Below, piece by piece: positions 59,113 through 64,000 of a DNA stretch of 64,000 nt (the stretch's first letter is position 1; each line of letters begins with the position of its first letter). This DNA is from a bacterium. Its GTDB lineage: Bacteria; Patescibacteriota; Dojkabacteria; SC72. The notes beneath the pieces were generated by a model, which saw only the letters and a list, made by a program, of their open reading frames with translations, made no database searches and was not told where the DNA came from. The stretch covers positions 110,027-174,026 of the forward strand of contig JAIORF010000102.1 in assembly GCA_021108295.1 (NCBI GenBank). Direction: 5' to 3'. The translations under genes and the position numbers were made by a program.

Positions 59113-61704
59113 ATGTCTACTATCAAACAGACTCCAATGATGGAGCAATATATGAAGTTTAAGAAGCAATATCCAGGTAAGGTTGTGCTGTTTAGAATGG
59201 GAGATTTCTTTGAGACTTTTGGTGATGATGCAAAGATTGCATCTAAGGTTTTAAATATCACACTTACTGCAAGAGATAAGAAGACTAACCCTACCCCACT
59301 TGCAGGATTCCCCCAAAAAGCGATTAATCAGTATTTACCAAAATTAATTAAGGCTGGATATTGTGTAGTGGTAGTTGATCAGCTTGAAGATCCTAAACTA
59401 GCAAAAGGTATTGTAAAGAGGGGGGTAACTAGAGTTGTAACTCCTGGTACGCTAGATGGAGAACAGGCTAATGATTTGAAAAATTCTTACTTAGCGGCCT
59501 TTTTTAGAGAGAAGAGCCTTTTGGGAGTATCACTGTGTGATATGTCCACTGGAGAGTTCTTGGTAATGCAATTACCTTTTGATAAGGAGAGTATTAACTC
59601 TGTTCTGTCTTCATACGATCCAGTTGAGGTTCTTTTGATTGATGGAAGTAAGGGGTTGGAGTTTGGGAATATTCCTGTACAGTTTGTTGATAAGGGGTTG
59701 AGGAATGTGAGTTTTACTAAGGAAATTGTAAAGAGCTTTTATGGAGTTAAAAGTCTTGAGTCCTTGGGGCTTGAAGAGGGGGCACAGTTAGTATCTGTAG
59801 GGATGATACTTAAATATATAGAGGATACCCAGTTGTGTAATCCTAAGCATATAGAGAAGCCAAGGGGTGTAAATATCAATGGTAAGATGATTTTGGATAA
59901 GCCAACTATTAGAAATCTTGAGTTGGTTTCCAATGCTTACGGTGGAGGTGTACAGGGTTCATTACTTTCAATTATTGATAAAACACAAACAAGAATGGGT
60001 AGTAGGTTGTTGTACCATTGGTTACTCAATCCTTTGATTGAAAAGGGTGCTATCAATGAAAGGTTGGATGTTGTTGATAGGTTTGTAAAAGATAGGGAGC
60101 TACTCAGTAGTGTAAGGGAAGAACTTTCCTCTGTGAGTGATATAGAGAGGATTGTTGGTAAGATTGGTTTGGGTAGGGTTAATGCTAGAGATTTTAATGC
60201 ACTTCAGACATCGTTGGATGCTACATTGAGAGTGAGTGAGTTATTGAAGGATAAGTATATCCCTCATATTAAGTTTCTTAAAGAAGTAGTAAAGAGTATA
60301 GATACTGCGATATCTGACAATCCACCTACTTTAATAACTGAGGGTGGTGTCGTTAAGGATGGGTATAACGCTGAGGTGGATGAATTGAGGGAGCTTTCAG
60401 GTAGTAGTAAGGGGTGGTTAAAGAAGTTTGAGGAGGAAGAGAAGAAGAAAACAGGTATTACTTCTCTCAAGATTGGTTTCAATAGGGTGTTTGGGTATTA
60501 CATTGAGGTAACGAAAACTCATCAGGAAAAAGTTCCAGATCGATATATTAGAAAACAGACGTTGGTTAATAGTGAACGGTATATTACGGAGGAGCTTAAA
60601 GAGAGAGAGGATATCATTCTCAATGCTCAGGAGAAGCTTTCAGAGTTAGAGTATAAGCTGTTCTGTAAATTTAGGGATGGTTTTGTTTCTAAGCTTAGTA
60701 ATTTACAAGAGGTGGGAAAGAAGGTTGCTAGGTTGGATGTGCTTTCTGGTTTTGCTAATCTCTCTATCACTTCCAACTATACTCGGCCTAAGATTTTTGA
60801 TTTGGGTGAAGATGAGGGGATTATTGATATTAAGAATGGTAGGCATCCAATCGTGGAGGGTTTACTGGATGAAGATTTTGTTTCTAATGATACAGTTTTG
60901 GATTTTGAGGGGAATAATATGTGTATACTTACTGGTCCTAATATGTCTGGTAAGTCTACATATATCAGGCAGGTTGCCACTATAATTTTGCTTGCTCAAA
61001 TTGGTTGTTTTGTGCCTGCTTCTAGTGCTTCTATATCAATAGTGGATAGGATATTTACTAGGGTTGGTGCTAGTGATGATCTTAGTCGTGGTAGGAGTAC
61101 TTTCATGGTAGAGATGGATGAGGCTGCTAATATTGTTAATAATGCGACTAAGTATAGTTTGGTTGTGCTTGATGAGGTTGGAAGGGGTACGAGTACTTAT
61201 GATGGTGTGAGTATTGCTTGGGCATTGGCTGAGTATTTAGTCACGGATATTAAGGCAAGGACTTTGTTTGCTACTCACTATCATGAGCTTCTTAAGCTTT
61301 CAGATAGGGTTCCGGATAGGATTAAGAATTTCAATGTGTTGGTAGAAGAGGATCTTGATGCGGGTACTGTTATATTTCTTAGAAAGATTGTTGAGGGTGG
61401 TACTGATCGTAGTTATGGTATTTATGTTGCTAAGATGGCAGGTTTACCAGAGAAGGTTGTGAATAGGGCAAATGAGATATTAGAGAGTTTTGAACAAGAA
61501 AAGATGTTTGGTAGTGAGAGTGAGTTAAGGGATTCTGATATATTGATGAGTAAGAAGAAAATGGTTGATAAGACAGTATTTCAGTATCCTCTTTTTACTG
61601 CTAAGGAGAGTGAGGTTGAGAGGGATATACAACAGTTAGATTTGGATAATATGACTCCTATGGAAGCTTTGGGGCAGATAATTGAGTGGAAGAAAGGGTT
61701 GTAA
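59113..61704 (+). CDS. mutS: DNA mismatch repair protein MutS
   Basis: Mismatch-binding N-terminus with GDFFETF-like motif, Walker A GPNMSGKST, ABC signature STFMVEM, HTH at C-terminus. Confidence 0.95.
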   Translation: MSTIKQTPMMEQYMKFKKQYPGKVVLFRMGDFFETFGDDAKIASKVLNITLTARDKKTNPTPLAGFPQKAINQYLPKLIKAGYCVVVVDQLEDPKLAKGIVKRGVTRVVTPGTLDGEQANDLKNSYLAAFFREKSLLGVSLCDMSTGEFLVMQLPFDKESINSVLSSYDPVEVLLIDGSKGLEFGNIPVQFVDKGLRNVSFTKEIVKSFYGVKSLESLGLEEGAQLVSVGMILKYIEDTQLCNPKHIEKPRGVNINGKMILDKPTIRNLELVSNAYGGGVQGSLLSIIDKTQTRMGSRLLYHWLLNPLIEKGAINERLDVVDRFVKDRELLSSVREELSSVSDIERIVGKIGLGRVNARDFNALQTSLDATLRVSELLKDKYIPHIKFLKEVVKSIDTAISDNPPTLITEGGVVKDGYNAEVDELRELSGSSKGWLKKFEEEEKKKTGITSLKIGFNRVFGYYIEVTKTHQEKVPDRYIRKQTLVNSERYITEELKEREDIILNAQEKLSELEYKLFCKFRDGFVSKLSNLQEVGKKVARLDVLSGFANLSITSNYTRPKIFDLGEDEGIIDIKNGRHPIVEGLLDEDFVSNDTVLDFEGNNMCILTGPNMSGKSTYIRQVATIILLAQIGCFVPASSASISIVDRIFTRVGASDDLSRGRSTFMVEMDEAANIVNNATKYSLVVLDEVGRGTSTYDGVSIAWALAEYLVTDIKARTLFATHYHELLKLSDRVPDRIKNFNVLVEEDLDAGTVIFLRKIVEGGTDRSYGIYVAKMAGLPEKVVNRANEILESFEQEKMFGSESELRDSDILMSKKKMVDKTVFQYPLFTAKESEVERDIQQLDLDNMTPMEALGQIIEWKKGL

Positions 61705-61708
61705 TCTT

Positions 61709-62413
61709 CTAATACTTAAGCTTATACCCTCCCCCATACTTACTATCTATTAATTCCCTCCCTGTACATAGTCTAATCTTCTCTCTTATTCTATGTACTA
61801 TTACTACAATATATTGTTTTGTGTATGTTTTACCAAATTTTGATTCAATGTAATGAATTATTTCCTCTTTAGAGAGAAACTTCCTTTTGATTAGGAGTTT
61901 TACTACACTAATCTCTGTAGGAGTAAGTGGGATAAATATATTGTTATACATCACCCTATCCATCTTCTTTTCATATCTTAAGAAGTTGTACTCATAAATA
62001 ATCTCATACTGAGTGGGAATGCAATGGACTAAATTCTTACACCTAAGTACTAGGTCTTCTGGGTTGAATGGCTTTTGTAGATAGTCATCACAACCATAAC
62101 TAAGAAGGATGTGTTTAAGATTAGTATTGTTTGGGATAATGGCTAAAATCTTTGTTCTAAGACGTTTATTCTTTAAGTGTTTTAAGAAACTTAGAAGCTG
62201 TTTGTTGACATTATCGGTATCTATACAGAGAAGATCTACATATCTGCTATTTACAATATTTGTTGCATTTGAGAGATTTGTAGAGGTAATTCGCCAAAGG
62301 TTTTCCTTCTTGAGAAAACATTGAGCAGTATTTGTTGTTTCAATGTTTACAACTAATACTCGCTTTTTGTTTATGTTTAGCGGGTTAATAAATAACTCTA
62401 AGGAGTATTGTAT
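61709..62413 (-). CDS. OmpR-family response regulator (atypical receiver + winged-helix) with non-ATG start; possible start-codon mutation or pseudogene
   Basis: Open frame continues upstream of the annotated 84-aa ORF: KKRVLVVNIE...DLLCIDTD...KILAII...GCDDYLQKPF (REC) + trans_reg_C VIVHRIREKI. No in-frame ATG; an ATA at 62411-62413 overlaps the hisS stop (TAATA), giving a 234-aa product. Confidence 0.5.
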   Translation of the reverse strand: MQYSLELFINPLNINKKRVLVVNIETTNTAQCFLKKENLWRITSTNLSNATNIVNSRYVDLLCIDTDNVNKQLLSFLKHLKNKRLRTKILAIIPNNTNLKHILLSYGCDDYLQKPFNPEDLVLRCKNLVHCIPTQYEIIYEYNFLRYEKKMDRVMYNNIFIPLTPTEISVVKLLIKRKFLSKEEIIHYIESKFGKTYTKQYIVVIVHRIREKIRLCTGRELIDSKYGGGYKLKY

Positions 62414-63717
62414 TAGATTTCTTTAATCTTTTGTATAGACTGGGATATCGTAATTACGGAACTGTCTCCACTATCCATATCTTTTAGTTGTACTTTATTC
62501 TGTTTTATTTCATCTTCTCCTAAGAAAATGACCCATCTTATACCCTTTCTGTTGGCCTCTTTAAGTTGTTTGTTGAGCTTAGTTGGTTCAAGACACATGA
62601 GTGTGTTGATTCCATTCTTTCTCAATTCTTGTGTAAGTTGAGTAGTTTTAATAAGAAGAGATTTATCCATTAGTGTTACATACACATCTGTATTACTTTT
62701 TGTATTAGGGAGTAAGTTGTAGGTACTTAGGTAGTCAGTCATTATTATATCCCCCCACCCTAGTCCAAATGCTGGAATCTTTTCCTCTCCGAATATGGTA
62801 AGTAAATCATCATATCTTCCACCACCAAACATAGCTCTTGGGTTTTTGCTACCTCCAATATCAAACATCTCAATAACTGTACCTGTGTAGTAATCTAGAC
62901 CTCTCATGATAGAGGGGTTAAACGCAATGTTTGTAATATCTAACCCTTTTGCTTTATCAAACAGTTCAAGTAATTGGTCGGCACCACTACACTTACCTTT
63001 AAGTAGTTCTAACTTAGAGAGATCCCAACTAAGGAAGTCTAAGACTTCTTCGAGTTGTTTGTTGTCCAATCCTATATCAGTTAGATATTCTTTAAAATCC
63101 TCTGCCTTCATCTTAGAAAAATTATCAATTGCTCTAGCAAGCTGTGGGATTAATTCATCAGAGAGTTTTAATATATCGGTAAACAGGTAGTCTAGTAAGT
63201 ATCTGTTATTAATTCTTAATTCAAAAGTGTCTTTAGGGGCATCAAATTCCTTCATTACATCCATGACATATTGTATTATCTCTAATTCAGCATCAATTGT
63301 ACTCATGCCAAGTAGATCGATATTGAGTTGGAAGAATTCTCTTCGCCTACCTCTTTGAGGTTTCTCATATCTATAGAATTTGCCAATATTAAACCATCTA
63401 AGTGGAAATGTAAGTTCCTTCTTCTTTGCAGCTATCATTCTAGCAAGTGAAGGAGTCATCTCTGGTCTGAGTGCAATCTCTCTTCCCCCTTTATCTGTAA
63501 AGTTGTAGAGTTGATTACTTATTTCTTCTCCAGATTTTGCTTTGTAAAGTTGAGCAGACTCAATTAGAGGGGTGTCATACTCCTCATATCCAAATCTTTT
63601 TGCTACCCTACTCCAGACATCGAAGATGTAATTTCTAATCATCATGTCCTTGGGATATGTATCAGTAGTTCCTTTGTATGGAGCTGTTGTTAGTTTGTTG
63701 TTTTTCATAGTGTCCAA
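62413..63717 (-). CDS. hisS: Histidyl-tRNA synthetase
   Basis: Class II aaRS motifs (ALRPEMTPSLARM, motif 2 and 3) and C-terminal anticodon-binding domain. Confidence 0.95.
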   Translation of the reverse strand: MDTMKNNKLTTAPYKGTTDTYPKDMMIRNYIFDVWSRVAKRFGYEEYDTPLIESAQLYKAKSGEEISNQLYNFTDKGGREIALRPEMTPSLARMIAAKKKELTFPLRWFNIGKFYRYEKPQRGRRREFFQLNIDLLGMSTIDAELEIIQYVMDVMKEFDAPKDTFELRINNRYLLDYLFTDILKLSDELIPQLARAIDNFSKMKAEDFKEYLTDIGLDNKQLEEVLDFLSWDLSKLELLKGKCSGADQLLELFDKAKGLDITNIAFNPSIMRGLDYYTGTVIEMFDIGGSKNPRAMFGGGRYDDLLTIFGEEKIPAFGLGWGDIIMTDYLSTYNLLPNTKSNTDVYVTLMDKSLLIKTTQLTQELRKNGINTLMCLEPTKLNKQLKEANRKGIRWVIFLGEDEIKQNKVQLKDMDSGDSSVITISQSIQKIKEI

Positions 63718-63794
63718 TTATATCACACTCGTAATTCTCTTTTGTTGAGATTTCCTCTTAAATCCATTATATTATATTGGTGTAATATTTTAGG

Positions 63795-64000
63795 GATACA
63801 AACTATGAAGTATAGTGTAGCTGTGTTATCAAAATCGAAACGGAGAAAAAGAAAAACATCGAGTACAAGGAGGAAGAAGTATGTGAGGGTGAGTAAGGTG
63901 GATAGGTTTAAAAGAATGAGTGGTAAGAAGTCTAGTAGGACAAAGGCTAGAAAGAAAACAGTCTTAGGAATAGATGTCACGAAGTTAAGGAAATTTTTCT
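63795..64000 (+). CDS. Highly basic hypothetical protein, N-terminal fragment (continues past window end)
   Basis: MKYSVAVLSKSKRRKRKTSSTRRKKYVRVSKVDRFKRMSGKK... K/R-rich; the opposing 63723..63980 ORF is hydrophobic low-complexity, as expected for the antisense of a Lys-rich gene. Confidence 0.3.

Noticed and set aside
62109-62324. 71-aa plus-strand ORF
   Set aside because: It is antisense to the receiver-domain portion of the OmpR-type regulator frame.
63723-63980. 85-aa minus-strand hydrophobic ORF
   Set aside because: F/L-rich low complexity is the mirror of a Lys/Arg-rich plus-strand ORF starting at 63795; the plus-strand basic protein is more plausible, with low confidence.

Overview
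This is a low-GC (~36%) bacterial chromosomal segment, gene-dense and apparently using the standard code. Proteins are small and divergent, which together with type IV pili and sortases fits a reduced-genome lineage, possibly CPR/Patescibacteria-like (inference). Housekeeping backbone: ruvC(partial)-ruvA-ruvB, gyrB-gyrA, holB-like, rpmF-nusB-rnc-rpsP-KH, dusB, eno, tRNA-Val, clpP-tig, mutS, hisS. Accessory or system-like content: (1) A complete type IV pilus locus (20.4-38.0 kb): pilB-pilT-pilC-major pilin, three large uncharacterised secreted proteins, pilD, four minor pilins, a CheY-like receiver and pilMNO. All four recognisable prepilins carry Ala rather than Gly at the -1 cleavage position. 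(2) A cell-surface glycosylation block (6.5-12.7 kb): a giant polytopic membrane protein plus two GT2 enzymes, and one compositionally foreign (~48% GC) gene. (3) Two sortases, each next to a candidate substrate with a non-LPXTG C-terminal sorting signal. (4) A membrane-tethered double-AAA+ Clp-family ATPase with a small membrane partner. (5) A gene-decay/accessory island between eno and tig-clpP (46.5-52.8 kb): an orphan ParB-like protein, pseudogene remnants, an overlapping triad of small basic ORF - Doc/Fic toxin - NlpC/P60-like peptidase, a C15-like peptidase, an HhH-GPD-like protein and a C39-like lipoprotein. (6) Two tandem paralogous genes inserted between ruvC and ruvA that share 27 nt of identical 5' sequence. 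(7) A PEP-utilising enzyme whose phospho-carrier His is replaced by Asp. (8) An OmpR-type regulator with no ATG start; an ATA overlaps the hisS stop as TAATA. No CRISPR array, rRNA or recognisable transposase was seen.
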